Below, piece after piece: positions 34,054 through 45,454 of a stretch of 64,000 nt of DNA (within the stretch, counting starts at the first letter, position 1; each line of letters opens with the position of its first letter). Source of the stretch: an uncultured delta proteobacterium (GTDB taxonomy: Bacteria > Desulfobacterota > Binatia > UBA9968); assembly GCA_963804165.1 (NCBI GenBank), contig CAWDPO010000041.1, positions 1 to 64,000 on the forward strand, written 5' to 3'. Under the pieces are notes generated by a model. The model searched no databases. It was given only the letters and a program-made list of their open reading frames with translations, and was not told where the DNA came from. Position numbers and translations under genes: made by a program.

Positions 34054-35231
34054 TCAGCGCAAATTTCCTGTGTGGCCCAATGAGTATCTTCCCGGCTGCG
34101 GCCAGACGGTGAGGCCGTGCGGTTCGCTTTTCACTGGAATTTTCTTGACGCTGCCGGAAGTCGTGTCAAAAACGTAAACCTCGTTGTCGTATCGCCCGGA
34201 TAGCCAGAGTTGTTTGCCGTCAATGGTGACATTGCCCATGTCCGGGCTACCGCCGCCAGGTATGGGCCAAGTCGCGGTTACTTTCCGCGTGGCGAAATCA
34301 ATGATGGAAACACTGCCCTTTCCTTTTGGGGGGCCGTAGACGCGGGCGACGCCGCGATTGGCGACATAGAACTTCGTCCCATCGCGGCTAGGGTAAAGAC
34401 CGTGGGTGCCGAGGCCGGTTTTGATATGGCCGATCTCGACGAATTTGTCGCCGTCAATGACAAACACGCCTTCGGCCTTCATATCGGCGACGTAAAATAC
34501 TTTGCCGTCGGGCGAGACGCGCACGTCCTGGGGCATGCCGCCTTTGGAAAGCTTCAAATAGCCAAGCACTTTCTTGGTCGACGAGATCGACTTTGGCGAG
34601 CTGCGCCGCCGTATTCACAGGTAAAAATAGCGTAACGCCCGTCGATGGAAAAATCGGCGTGATTGATGCCCGGGCAGCTTGGCGTGTCGATCGAATATTT
34701 CATCGCCATGGTCTGCGGATCACGAAAATCGAGCCGCTTGCGCGCTTCGGCGACAATGATCGCCGCGCTGCCGTCGGGGGTGAAATACATATTGTAGGGA
34801 TCGTCGACCGGAATATTTTTTCCGGGCTTGCCGGTCAGCGGATCGATCGGCGTGACGCTGCCGTCATGACGACCTTCGGCGTTGTTGTTGACCCAGAGAG
34901 TTTTCAAATCCCACGACGGCACGACGTGCTGCGGATGGATGCCGACTTTGAATTTATCGATGACTTTGAGCGTTACGGGATCGATGACCCAAACATCGTT
35001 GGAGCTGCGATTCGGAACATAAACGCGCGACAGATGGTTGGCGACGACCGGGCTGAGTTTGTCGGAGCGTGTTTCGCTATAGAGATTATTCGGGTCGATC
35101 ACCGGCGGCATGCCGGGGACGGTTTGTATGGCGCGCGCTGCAGGCTCGGCAGCGATTGCGGGCGATGAGGAGACTAAAAACGATATGATAAGGGTTAGGA
35201 GCGCTAAGGCAGAAATTCGACAATCCCGCAT
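34054..35231 (-). CDS. Secreted YncE/YVTN beta-propeller protein, frameshifted
   Basis: Signal peptide; repeats VYVPNR, FTPDG, VSPDGKVFYVAD. Confidence 0.8.
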
Positions 35232-35335
35232 TACTTCGACCTCCAACGAACAAACACCAACCAGCCAAGCTTGTGTTTTGCTCGGCGAGTTGGTGCATGT
35301 TAGACGAAAAATTACGGGAATTCGAGATAATTGAA

Positions 35336-37651
35336 CTAGGCGGCGCTCTTTTTCTTGCTCTTTTGCAGCGCCCAAAAAACGTTTTCGGGCTTGAGCGGCA
35401 GGTCGTAAACGCGCACTCCAATGGCATCGGCGACCGCATTGCCGATGGCAGCGGGTGTCGGCGCGAGTCCGGGTTCGCCGAGACCTTTGGCCCCGTACGG
35501 TCCTTCGGGCTCGGCGCACTCGACGATGATCGGGATCATCTTCGGCACGTCCAATGATGTAACCAGGTGATAATCGAGGAACGAGGGGTTGCGCACCTTG
35601 CCGGTGTTGTCGATGATCATTTCCTCGTGCAGCGCGGAACCGATGCCCATGGCGACGCCACCTTCGATCTGCGCGACGCAATTGAGCGGGTTGATCGCCT
35701 TGCCGACATCATGGGCCGCGGACATGCGTAGCAAGCGTACCCGGCCGCTTTCTTCATCGACCATCACTTCGGCGGCCTGCGTGGCGTACATATAAAACGC
35801 CGAGGCGTGATCGCTGTGGCCGGTCTCCAGATCCAAGTCCTTGCCGATCTCATAGGTGTAGGATGCGTCGCCGCGCACGATGCCATTGATGCCGAGTTTT
35901 CGCTTTACAACTTCGCCGATGGGCAGCGCCTGCTGCGGCTGGTCTTTGAGAAATACTTTACCTTCGGCGTAATCGAGGTCTTGCGCCTTGGCTTCGAGCA
36001 TCGGGCTTGCCGCTTCCATGATCTGCTCGCGCGCATGAATCGCCGCGCGGCGCACGGCGTTGCCCATATGATAGGTGCTGCGGCTCGAGGTGGTGGAAGC
36101 GTCGTAGGGTATGACATCGGTGTCGAGCTGGTGCATGTGGACCTTGTCCATCGGCACCTTGAGCTCTTCTGCAGCGACTTGGGAGAGAATGGTGTTGCAA
36201 CCCTGGCCGATCTCCACGGTTCCGGCGAGCACGGTCACTTCTCCTTGCGCGTTGACGGTGACGCCGGCGTTGGAAGTGGTCGGTGAGCGGGTCGGCTTCT
36301 GGATGCAGGCGAAGCCTTTGCCGATTTTCACTCCCGGCTTGGTTGGCTGCGCCGGCTTGCCCCAGTCGATCGCTTCCGTCGCCTTGACGAGCGTTTCTTT
36401 GAGCCCCACGGCGTGAAGCTGCTCGCCCCAGTAAGAGATATCGCCCTCGACGAAGATATTCTTCATGCGAATGTCGAGCGCATCCATGCCGAGCTTTTTG
36501 GCGATCTCGTCCAACTGCTGTTCGCCGGCCCATGCGCCCTGCGGAATACCGTAGCCGCGATAGGAACCGGCGACGGGTTTGTTGGTGTAAACGGCATAGC
36601 CATCGACTTTGACATGTGGAATGCGATACGGCCCCGGCGCCGGCAGGCTGCCGCGGATGCAAACCGTCGGGCTTTTTTCGGCGTAGGCGCCGGCGCCCCA
36701 GTAAATCGTCATCTCGCGCGCTACCAAGGTGCCGTCTTTTTTCACGCCGGTTTTTGAGTAGACCACCGCCTCGTGGCGGGTCAAGGTTGAGATGAAAGTT
36801 TCCTCGCGGTTGAACTTTACGCGCACGGGCCGGCCGTTGGTATGGAAAGCCAGCGCGACCGCGATCGGTTCGACTTTCAAGCCGCCTTTGGAGCCGAAGC
36901 CGCCGCCCTGCGCCGGATTGATGAAGCGAATCTTATCCTTGGTCATGTTCAAGGCTTCGGTGATCTCATGCAGCGCGCGAAACGGCGCGTCGTTGGCGAC
37001 CCAAAGCGTCAAGCGGCCGCTCTCCTTGTCCCATTGAGCATGGGCCGAGTGCGGTTCCATGGCGGCGTGCTGAATCATCGGCACGAAATATTTTTCTTCG
37101 AGAACGAGGTCGGATTCTTTGAAGCCTTTCGAGACATCGCCGGTACGTAGCTTGAAATGCTCGGCGATGTTGGCGTGCGGTCCCGGCACGATGAAATCGA
37201 CTTTGCGATATTTGGGAAAATCCTCGTGAATCGCGATCGCCCCCGGTTTAGCGGCTTCCTCCGGGTCGGTGTAGACTGGCAGATCTTCGTACTCGACTTC
37301 GATGAGCTTCACCGCTGCTTGCGCGATATCTTCATCTTCCGCCGCTACCGCCGCTACGGGTTCTCCGATATAGCGCACTTTGCCTTGAGCGAGAAAAGGT
37401 TTGTCTTTAATCGATTCGCCGTGCGTCCAAGGCGCGTCTTCGCCGGTCACCACAGCGACGACGCCGGGCAACTGCTTGGCTTTCTCCGTGTTGATTTTTT
37501 TGATCTTGGCATGGGCCTTGGTGCTAAATAGCGTCTTGCCATAGAGCATATTGGGCAACACGAGGTCATAGCCATAGACAATTTGCCCGGTAACTTTCTC
37601 GTTGGCATCGACCCGGGTGACTGGTTTTCCGACGACTGTGAGTTCGGACAT
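35336..37651 (-). CDS. Xanthine dehydrogenase-family molybdopterin-binding subunit
   Basis: GGGFGSKG, SYRGYG, EIGQG, QIEGG, GAKGLGEP. Confidence 0.93.
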   Translation of the reverse strand: MSELTVVGKPVTRVDANEKVTGQIVYGYDLVLPNMLYGKTLFSTKAHAKIKKINTEKAKQLPGVVAVVTGEDAPWTHGESIKDKPFLAQGKVRYIGEPVAAVAAEDEDIAQAAVKLIEVEYEDLPVYTDPEEAAKPGAIAIHEDFPKYRKVDFIVPGPHANIAEHFKLRTGDVSKGFKESDLVLEEKYFVPMIQHAAMEPHSAHAQWDKESGRLTLWVANDAPFRALHEITEALNMTKDKIRFINPAQGGGFGSKGGLKVEPIAVALAFHTNGRPVRVKFNREETFISTLTRHEAVVYSKTGVKKDGTLVAREMTIYWGAGAYAEKSPTVCIRGSLPAPGPYRIPHVKVDGYAVYTNKPVAGSYRGYGIPQGAWAGEQQLDEIAKKLGMDALDIRMKNIFVEGDISYWGEQLHAVGLKETLVKATEAIDWGKPAQPTKPGVKIGKGFACIQKPTRSPTTSNAGVTVNAQGEVTVLAGTVEIGQGCNTILSQVAAEELKVPMDKVHMHQLDTDVIPYDASTTSSRSTYHMGNAVRRAAIHAREQIMEAASPMLEAKAQDLDYAEGKVFLKDQPQQALPIGEVVKRKLGINGIVRGDASYTYEIGKDLDLETGHSDHASAFYMYATQAAEVMVDEESGRVRLLRMSAAHDVGKAINPLNCVAQIEGGVAMGIGSALHEEMIIDNTGKVRNPSFLDYHLVTSLDVPKMIPIIVECAEPEGPYGAKGLGEPGLAPTPAAIGNAVADAIGVRVYDLPLKPENVFWALQKSKKKSAA

Positions 37652-37672
37652 GGTTTTCCTCCTGAGGTAGAT

Positions 37673-37754
37673 CGTTCAAGGTTCAAACGTTCACGTTCAA
37701 ACCGGTAGGAGAAATCGTCGATGAAGCGATTGAACGATTTGAACGCTCTTGAAC
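37673..37754. repeat. Hairpin repeat built from tandem GTTCAA-type units
   Basis: CGTTCAAGGTTCAAACGTTCACGTTCAA...TTGAACGATTTGAACGCTCTTGAAC. Confidence 0.7.
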
Positions 37755-38227
37755 ACGCTCATGTTCAACATCGCCGCCGCATCCTGAACCGCCTGGATGA
37801 TCTTCGCGTAGCCGGTGCAGCGGCAAAGGTTGCCGGATAGGGCGTAGCGAATCTCGTCTTCGCTGGGATTTTGATTTTCATCGAGAAGCGCCTTCGACAT
37901 CATCAACATGCCTGGCGTGCAGTAGCCGCACTGAGCGCCGCCGTCTTGGATGAAAGCTTTTTGAATCGGGTGAAGCTCCGGGCCGATCTTGAGTCCTTCG
38001 ATGGTGACGATATCAGCGCCTTCGAGCTCGCCGGAGAGAACCAAACAGGAATTGACCGGCTTGCCGTTCAGGAAAACCGTGCAAGCGCCGCAATCGCCGG
38101 TGCCGCAGCCTTCCTTCGTCCCGGTGGCACCGATTTCGTCGCGCAACAGATCGAGCAGAAGGCGATGGTTAGGAACTTCACGGCTCACGCGAGTGCCGTT
38201 TAGGGTAAATTGAATCTGCTTCTTCAT
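37697..38227 (-). CDS. XDH-family [2Fe-2S] subunit
   Basis: GCGTGDCGAC, QCGYCTPG, GNLCRCTGY. Confidence 0.95.
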   Translation of the reverse strand: MKKQIQFTLNGTRVSREVPNHRLLLDLLRDEIGATGTKEGCGTGDCGACTVFLNGKPVNSCLVLSGELEGADIVTIEGLKIGPELHPIQKAFIQDGGAQCGYCTPGMLMMSKALLDENQNPSEDEIRYALSGNLCRCTGYAKIIQAVQDAAAMLNMSVFKSVQIVQSLHRRFLLPV

Positions 38228-38244
38228 GGCAACCTCAAATCAAA

Positions 38245-38333
38245 TTGGAGTACTGGAGTGCTGGAGTAATGGAGTGTTGGGTCTGATTCCGGAAACCCAT
38301 TATTCCAATACTCCAATACTCCATCACTCCATT
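38245..38333. repeat. Hairpin repeat built from tandem octamers (TGGAGTRY)
   Basis: TGGAGTAC TGGAGTGC TGGAGTAA TGGAGTGT...ATTCCA ATACTCCA ATACTCCA TCACTCCA. Confidence 0.8.
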
Positions 38334-38335
38334 CT

Positions 38336-39245
38336 TCAATATCTTCGATCGCGCCGGTCGACCCAGGACTTCGCCGGCCCCACGGCGGCGTTGAGAATCG
38401 CGCGCTTGGTCATGACGCCGACCATGGCGCGGCGATAATCCGCCGATGAGCGCACGTCGCTGATCGGTTTACTTTCTCTTGCCGCTTCATCGCCGACCTT
38501 TGCGGCAAGCTCTTCGGTCAAGACTCTGCCTTCGAGCAGCGCCTCGGAGTTTTTCGCTCGGATCGGCGTCGGCGCCACCGCGCCGAGGACAATCCTGACT
38601 CCCTGACATTTCTTGTCGCTCCCGAGGTTGTAAGCGACTGCGACGCCGATGTAGGCGAGGTCCATCATATCGCGCGGCGAGAACTTGATGTATTCGCCAA
38701 CCAATTGCGAGCCGGTCTTGGGAATGATGATTTCAGTCAGGATCTCATCGGCGTTCATGACGTTTTGCCCAGGTCCGCGAAAAAATTCTTCCAGGGCCAC
38801 GGTTCGCTCAGCATCCGCGCTGGCAATCTTTGCCGTCGCGTTCAGCGCGATCAGGCTTGGCGCCGACGTCGGCGGACGGCGTCGCATTGGCCATATTGCC
38901 GCCGATCGTTGCGCGGTTGCGGATCTGAATCGACCCGACTTCGGCGGCGCTTTGAGCGAGAAATGGGTATTTCTTCGTGATCACAGCCGACGTCTCGATT
39001 GCGTACATCGTAGTAAGCGCGCCGATGGTGATTGTGCCGTCGTTGTTCTCGCGGATGCTGTTGAGACCGGGCACACGTTTGAGATCGACGATATATTTCG
39101 GCAGCAGTCCCTTTTCCTTCATGGCGATGACTAGGTCGGTGCCGCCGGCGAGAAATCGGCCGCCGGGGCCGTTCTCTTTGAGTAGCCGGCTCGCTTCCGC
39201 GAGGGTCGCCGGCTGATAAAAATCGAATGGTTCTGTGCGTTTCAT
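38336..39245 (-). CDS. XDH-family FAD-binding subunit, frameshifted
   Basis: LAGGTDL, QIRNRATIGGN, PISDVRSSADYR. Confidence 0.92.
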
Positions 39246-39324
39246 GAAAACACTGCTTCGGAAAGAGAGCGCGGAGGGCTGAGTTTTTCTCAGCCCTCCG
39301 CATTCGTTAACGGTTAGTCTAACG

Positions 39325-40695
39325 TCAGATTAGAGGTTTGAGCGCCTTGCCGATCGCCTTGCCGCAAGGCTCGCCGTCTCTCATCTGCACGTGGCCGCGC
39401 ACCACGGTCAATATTGGCATGCCTTTGACTTTCCAGCCATGCCACGGCGAAGGTTTGTTCTTGCTGTGCAGCTTGTTGACGTCGATGGTGCTTTCCTTGT
39501 CCATGTCGACGACCGTGATGTCGCCGTCGGAGCCCAAACGGATGGCGCCTTTCTTCGGATAGACCTGCCAAACTTTGGCCGGATTCTCGGACGCGACTTT
39601 CACATATTGATTGAGCGTCAATCTGCCTTTGTTCACTTCGGTCAAGATCAGCGGCACGCCAGTCTCGACGCCGCAGAAGCCGGAGATACAATCCCAGATT
39701 GCCGGCTTGGTGAGCTTGCCGTAGAGATCCGAGCCTTTCTCGTCCAAGGTGTGCGGCGAGTGGTCGGTCGCCAGCGTGTCGACGAATCCTTCGCGCAGAC
39801 CTTGCCAGAGCACTTCCGCATGATCTTTGGTGCGCACCGGCGGGTTCATCTTCAAGAGCGAGCCGACGTTGTCCATGTCATTGGGTTCGCGCAGCAAATA
39901 GTGCGGCCCGGTTTCGGCCGTGACTCTCAGACCGCGCGCTTTGGCGTCGCGCACCATATAAGCAGCCTGCTTCGAGCTCATGTGGAAAACATGTAGCTTC
40001 GTGCCAAAAGTCTCGGCAAAGAAGAGCGCGTGGTGCACGGACTCGGCTTCGCAGATATCCGGGCGGGAAGCTTCCCAGTAGCGCGCATCGTTTTTATTTT
40101 CTTGTTTAAGCTTGTTGGTGCAATACGCCATGATCTGGCGATTTTCGGCATGGATCCCCAACGGCAGTTTCGATTGCGCGATGTAATCGAAGGCTTCCAC
40201 GCACATGCCGTCGTCGGGGAAGGGGAGGTTGCCGATGGTTTCTCCGAAGAAAATTTTGTAGCCGATGGCGCCCGCGGCGGCCATAGGAAGAATATCCTTG
40301 GTATTGGTTTGCACGACGACGCCGGTGATGCCGAAGTCGACCAGCGACTTGGCTTCGCCGAGGCCCTTCTTGACCTTTACCTGTTCGGCGTCGGCGGTTG
40401 GCGGCACCGTGTTCGGCATGTCGACGACAGTGGTGATGCCGCCGCAAACCGCCGCCGTTGAGCCGGTAGTGAAATCTTCCTTATGGGTCATGCCCGGCTC
40501 TCTAAAATGGACGTGGCCGTCGAAAAGACCCGGCAAAATATGTTTACCTTTGACGTCGATCTCCTCTTTGCCTTGGGGAAGCGAGTCATCGGCGCCGATG
40601 GCGACGATGACTTCGTTGCTGATCGCCACGCCACCCTTATAAGTTGCATCGGGTGTGACGACCCAGCCGTTCTTGATAACTAAATCTGCTGCCAT
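39325..40695 (-). CDS. Cyclic amidohydrolase (allantoinase / dihydroorotase-like)
   Basis: DGHVHFREPG, GGITTVVDMPN, KMNPPVR, ATDHSPH. Confidence 0.9.
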   Translation of the reverse strand: MAADLVIKNGWVVTPDATYKGGVAISNEVIVAIGADDSLPQGKEEIDVKGKHILPGLFDGHVHFREPGMTHKEDFTTGSTAAVCGGITTVVDMPNTVPPTADAEQVKVKKGLGEAKSLVDFGITGVVVQTNTKDILPMAAAGAIGYKIFFGETIGNLPFPDDGMCVEAFDYIAQSKLPLGIHAENRQIMAYCTNKLKQENKNDARYWEASRPDICEAESVHHALFFAETFGTKLHVFHMSSKQAAYMVRDAKARGLRVTAETGPHYLLREPNDMDNVGSLLKMNPPVRTKDHAEVLWQGLREGFVDTLATDHSPHTLDEKGSDLYGKLTKPAIWDCISGFCGVETGVPLILTEVNKGRLTLNQYVKVASENPAKVWQVYPKKGAIRLGSDGDITVVDMDKESTIDVNKLHSKNKPSPWHGWKVKGMPILTVVRGHVQMRDGEPCGKAIGKALKPLI

Positions 40696-40723
40696 GTTTT
40701 TTGTCCTTTCTCTGTATGATTTT

Positions 40724-41449
40724 TCAATGAGCTTTTGGCATCGTTCTCAGTCCGCGAATCTCTTGGCGTTGTTTGAGATCGGCCATGACGTTTTTCTTGC
40801 CGGCTTGAATGTGGTTGCGAAGGATGGCGACCGCTTCTGCCGGATCGCGCCGTTCCATCGCCTCCAAAAGCAACAAATGCTCCTGATGCGCTGCGGTCCC
40901 GCGGGCGGGATCGTACAATCCGTCGGTTCTGCGCTTCAGCACGATGCGCTCGAACACATGGCTCAATGTGTTTTTCAGAGTTTCATTGCCGGCCAGCTCG
41001 GCGATGGTCAGATGGACGTCCTGATCGTACACCAAGCGCTCGCGGGTAAACCTATTTTGCACGTCGCGGCCGTAGGAATTTATCTTCGCGCGCAAGGCGC
41101 GCGAGAGCGCCGAGTCGGTGAGATTCGCGATGGCTTTCTCCACGGTGAAAGCTTCCAGTGCTTCGCGCAGCTCATAGAGCTCCTCCGCCTCTTGCATTCT
41201 AATTTCTTTGCAGGTAAAACCGCGATTTGGCAGAAAGGAGACGTATCCTTCCTGAACAAGTCTAGTTAAGGCTTCGCGTACCGGAGTCCGGCTTACGCCG
41301 AGACGCTCGCTCAGCTGTTGGTGATGCAGCTTTTGTCCCGGCATGATCTCGTTACATAGAATCAAATTTTTAATTTCGTCGTAAACGCGAGTTGAAAGAT
41401 TTTCAACCACGCGTGGTTTGGTTTTGGATCGTTTGAGCGGATAGGCCAT
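40724..41449 (-). CDS. GntR (FCD) transcriptional regulator
   Basis: LSERLGVSRTPVREAL, LYELREALE, EH. Confidence 0.92.
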   Translation of the reverse strand: MAYPLKRSKTKPRVVENLSTRVYDEIKNLILCNEIMPGQKLHHQQLSERLGVSRTPVREALTRLVQEGYVSFLPNRGFTCKEIRMQEAEELYELREALEAFTVEKAIANLTDSALSRALRAKINSYGRDVQNRFTRERLVYDQDVHLTIAELAGNETLKNTLSHVFERIVLKRRTDGLYDPARGTAAHQEHLLLLEAMERRDPAEAVAILRNHIQAGKKNVMADLKQRQEIRGLRTMPKAH

Positions 41450-41666
41450 GGATGATTTTTTGTATGCAAAAGTTTATGCAACGTTGCGAAACCTATCCGA
41501 TCCAATTGTTGTTGTCAACGAACGTCCAGGTACGCTTGCAAAATCAAATGGAAATGATAAGGAGTCATGCGATTTGAAGGTCGCGCGACGTTGACGCGGT
41601 TGATGCAGAAAAGAATTTTCGCAGAGTAACACCGAAAACCAATTTTACTTTTTCTAAGGAGGCTAT

Positions 41667-42482
41667 GTGGCACAGACCAAGTTACAGGCGGTCGGATTAC
41701 GGCACGAATATTATCAGCCGAGAACGGGCGGCAGGCTGTTGGCTCTGGATAACATCAATTTGCAGGTCGATGACGGCGAGTTCGTTACCATCGTCGGCCC
41801 CAGCGGTTGCGGCAAAACCACCTTCATCAATCTCTGCGACGGCTTGCTCAAGCCGACGGCGGGACACATCGCCATTGACGGTGTGCCCGTGACCGGCCCG
41901 GGCAGCGACCGCGGCATGGTGTTTCAGGATTCCTGCTTGATGCCCTGGCGCACGGTTGCCAAAAACGTAATTTTTGGCCTCGAATGCCAAGGCCGGGATA
42001 ACTCGGACGGCCAGGCGCGCGCTGCAGAATTTATCAAATTGGTCGGTTTGCAGGGGTTTGAAGATCATTACCCGCACGAACTCTCCGGCGGTATGCAACA
42101 GCGGTGCAATCTCGCTCGCGCTCTCACCGTGGATCCCAAGATCTTGATTATGGACGAGCCGTTCGCGGCTCTTGACGCCCAGACACGCGAAATCATGCAG
42201 TCTGAGTTGCTGCGTATTTGGAACCAGGCAAGGAAAACGATACTTTTCATCACTCACCAGATCAATGAAGCGATTTACCTCGCCGATCGGGTGATCGTTT
42301 TCGGCGCGCGTCCCGGCAAAGTAAAAGAGATGATCAAAATCGATCTGCCGCGGCCGCGCGCCCTTTCGATCAAGCGCGATCCGCGATTCTTGCAATACGA
42401 AGACAGACTTTGGAATTTGATCGAAGAAGAAGTCAAAAAGACCATGATCCAAGATCAGGTCGTGCACAACATCAACAACTAA
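41667..42482 (+). CDS. ABC ATPase (nitrate/sulfonate type)
   Basis: GPSGCGKT, LSGGMQQR, DEPFAALDAQTR. Confidence 0.93.
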   Translation: MAQTKLQAVGLRHEYYQPRTGGRLLALDNINLQVDDGEFVTIVGPSGCGKTTFINLCDGLLKPTAGHIAIDGVPVTGPGSDRGMVFQDSCLMPWRTVAKNVIFGLECQGRDNSDGQARAAEFIKLVGLQGFEDHYPHELSGGMQQRCNLARALTVDPKILIMDEPFAALDAQTREIMQSELLRIWNQARKTILFITHQINEAIYLADRVIVFGARPGKVKEMIKIDLPRPRALSIKRDPRFLQYEDRLWNLIEEEVKKTMIQDQVVHNINN

Positions 42483-42505
42483 AGAGTCGCGGACAGGGAT
42501 TGAAT

Positions 42506-44200
42506 ATGGGGAGCCGCTTTAATTCCCAGTCCCTGATTCTTGTAGGTTGCACCCTTTTTGTTCTTTACCTCGCCGGGGTTCCGCTTGTGATGCTGCTCTA
42601 TGGCAGCATCAGGAGCGCTCCCATCGGGGAGCCGGGCGCGACCTACACGATTCAGAACTACGTCAAAGCCTACTTTGATAAAGAATTTTATTTGCTTCTG
42701 CTCAACTCGGTCTATTACGCGCTCGGCACTTGCACGTCTCACCTTTCTGATCGGAACGTTTCTCGCGTGGGTGAGTGAACGGACGAATACCCCGTTCAAG
42801 AAACTGTTCGTCGTCATGTCGTTGATCCCGTTTATTATACCCGGGATCCTGAGCACGATTTCGTGGATACTTCTGCTGAGCCCGAAGATCGGCCTGATCA
42901 ACATCGTTGTCAAAGAAGCCCTGGGTCTGGAGTCGGCGCCGTTCAACGTCTATTCCATGTGGGGCATGATCTGGGCGGAATCGATTCATCTTTATCCCCT
43001 GGTTTTTCTCTTGATGTCCGCGTCGTTTCGCAACATGGATACGTCGCTGGAAGAGGCGGCGCTCACCGCCGGATCGAGCACTGGGCAAACTTTTTGGCGG
43101 GTGACGTTGCCGCTGATGCGCCCGGCCATGTTCAGCGTGCTGTTGATCAATTTCATCCGTGGCATCGAAGCATTCGAGGTGCCGGCGCTGATCGGCGTGC
43201 CGGCTAAAATCTCGGTGTTCACGACCAAAATTTTTCTCGCGATTCATCAGTTTCCTTCAGATTTTGGGCTCGCCGGCGCTTATGCAGTCACGCTGTTGGC
43301 AATCAGTACCACAGGGGTGATCATTTACGGCAAGATCACGCGTCGCGAAGAGCGCTTCGCGACCGTAACCGGCAAAGGTTATCGGCCACGGGTCATCGAT
43401 CTGGGGCCGTGGAGATGGGTCACCTTCGGGATCGCCTCTCTAATATTTTTCTTGGCGGTCATTCTGCCGGTTTTTGTTCTCCTGTGGTCCTCGTTCATAC
43501 CTTATTATGGCGTGCCGTCGTGGGAGCTTGCGGCGAAAATGACGCTGGCGAATTACCAATACATCATTAACTATCCCTTGGCGTTGACTGCATTCAAAAA
43601 TAGCTTCTATCTATCGGTGGGTTCAGCGACGCTGGTGATGCTGCTCACATCGGTCATCGCCTGGATCACTGTAAAGACCAAGCTGCCCGGGCGCGGGTTG
43701 CTCGACACCGTCACTTTTATTCCGATCGCCATGCCGGGAATCGTTCTGGGCGTGAGTTTGATCTGGGTCTACCTTACTTTGCCGATACCCATTTACGGAA
43801 CGATCTGGGTCTTGCTGCTCGCGTACATCACCAAGTTCATGCCGTACGGCATCCGCGCCGCATCGGCGTCAATGATTCAAATCAACAAAGAGTTGGAGGA
43901 GGCGTCATTTACGGCCGGGGGTACTTGGTTCCAGACTTTCAGAAAAGTCGTCTTGCCATTGTTGATGCCCGGCTTCACGGCAGGATGGATTTACATCAGT
44001 ATTATCGCCCTGAGAGAACTGTCGACCTCCATCTTGCTCTATTCTTACAACAGCACGGTTCTCTCAATCATGGCGTTTGACCTCTGGGAAGGCGGCCAGT
44101 ACACCTACGTGTGCGCTCTTGGTGTATGATGGTGCTTTTGCTGGTCACCATGGCGTTTACCGCGCGAAAACTCGGCGCCAAAATCGGTATCGCGGAATAA
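42506..44200 (+). CDS. ABC permease (Fe3+/FbpB type, two repeats), frameshifted
   Basis: Two EAA loops (SLEEAALTAG, ELEEASFTAG) and TM helices. Confidence 0.88.
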
Positions 44201-44267
44201 TCGTTCGACTTGAACCTGGTCCGGTTGTCGGCGCGCGCTCTGCGGCAGCGGGCCATTGGGAGGAGAC

Positions 44268-45416
44268 ATGGCAGAAAAAAGAGACATGGTGCAGATCGAA
44301 TCGCTGGAGAAATACTTTGGCGAGGACAAAGAGCGGGTGCATGTTCTCAAGGGCGTAACGCTGAATATTCCCGAGGGGTCGCTCTACACCTTTCTCGGCC
44401 CCAGCGGATGCGGCAAAACCACGACACTTCGCTGCGTGGCCGGGTTGGAGCGGCCGGATGGAGGCAAAATCAGCATTGCCAGCCAGACGGTGTTCGCTTC
44501 GGGCGAGCGGGTCTACGTGCCGACCAACAAGCGGCCGATCGGCATGGTGTTCCAGTCCTACGCGATCTGGCCGCATATGTCGGTGGCGGAAAACGTCGCC
44601 TATCCGTTGACCATCCAGCGCCGTCCTAAGGATGAGATCAAGCGTCGAGTCAGTGATGTCTTGAAAATCGTCGGGCTCGACGGCTTGGAAGATCGCCCGG
44701 CGCCGAAACTTTCCGGCGGCCAGCAGCAGCGGGTCGCCTTCGCGCGGGCGCTCATCAACGAGCCCAAAGTGATGTTGCTGGATGAGCCGTTAAGCAATCT
44801 TGACGCGAAGTTGCGCGTGCAGATGCGCTCCGAGATCAAAGCGCTGCAGCGCCGAACCAACATCACGACGATTTTCGTCACGCATGATCAGGCCGAAGCC
44901 TTGGCCATCTCCGACCAGATCGCCGTAATGCACGGCGGTGTGCTGCTCGAGGTCGGCGCGCCGCATCAGCTATATTCCCGTCCGACCCGCCGCTTCACCG
45001 CGACATTTTTGGGTCTCACCAATTTGATCGACGGCAAGATCGTCGAGCTCAGCGGCGATCGCCAGCCGGGAAAAATCCAAACCAAAAAAGGTATTCTCTC
45101 TTTCATCCCGGCGCCAGGATTGAAGAAGGACCAAGCGGCGGTGCTATCGATCCGGCCGGAAAACATTCCGCTTTTCAAGGATCGGCCGCAAGGGCTGGAA
45201 AATGTGTTGGAAGGAAAAGTGACCGAAGCGGTATTCATGGGCGACGCTTATCAGTGCAAAGTCGCCGTCGGCGACGATATACTGGCAGTGCACACTCATC
45301 CATTCAACGCCGTGAGTCCCGGCGATAAAGTTTATCTGCAGCTCGATCCGGCAAGCTGTAACGGTCTTCCCGCGGATGATAAGGAAGGTGTTGATGAATC
45401 GATATTAGGGGACTAG
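44268..45416 (+). CDS. ABC ATPase (PotA/FbpC type, TOBE domain)
   Basis: GPSGCGKTT, MVFQSYAIWPHM, LSGGQQQR, DEPLSNLDAKLR. Confidence 0.93.
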   Translation: MAEKRDMVQIESLEKYFGEDKERVHVLKGVTLNIPEGSLYTFLGPSGCGKTTTLRCVAGLERPDGGKISIASQTVFASGERVYVPTNKRPIGMVFQSYAIWPHMSVAENVAYPLTIQRRPKDEIKRRVSDVLKIVGLDGLEDRPAPKLSGGQQQRVAFARALINEPKVMLLDEPLSNLDAKLRVQMRSEIKALQRRTNITTIFVTHDQAEALAISDQIAVMHGGVLLEVGAPHQLYSRPTRRFTATFLGLTNLIDGKIVELSGDRQPGKIQTKKGILSFIPAPGLKKDQAAVLSIRPENIPLFKDRPQGLENVLEGKVTEAVFMGDAYQCKVAVGDDILAVHTHPFNAVSPGDKVYLQLDPASCNGLPADDKEGVDESILGD

Positions 45417-45454
45417 AATCCGCCTAAACCGAGTTTGAAAGGAGACTTATTGAA

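Noticed and set aside
34554-35681. Long N-terminal extension of the beta-propeller ORF and many antisense ORFs in GC-rich genes
   Set aside because: These overlap well-supported genes and are shadow ORFs; the real start is the ATG at 35231 with an RBS and signal peptide.
38245-38333. Tandem repeats as a CRISPR array
   Set aside because: Units are 7-8 nt with no spacers, and no cas genes are present.
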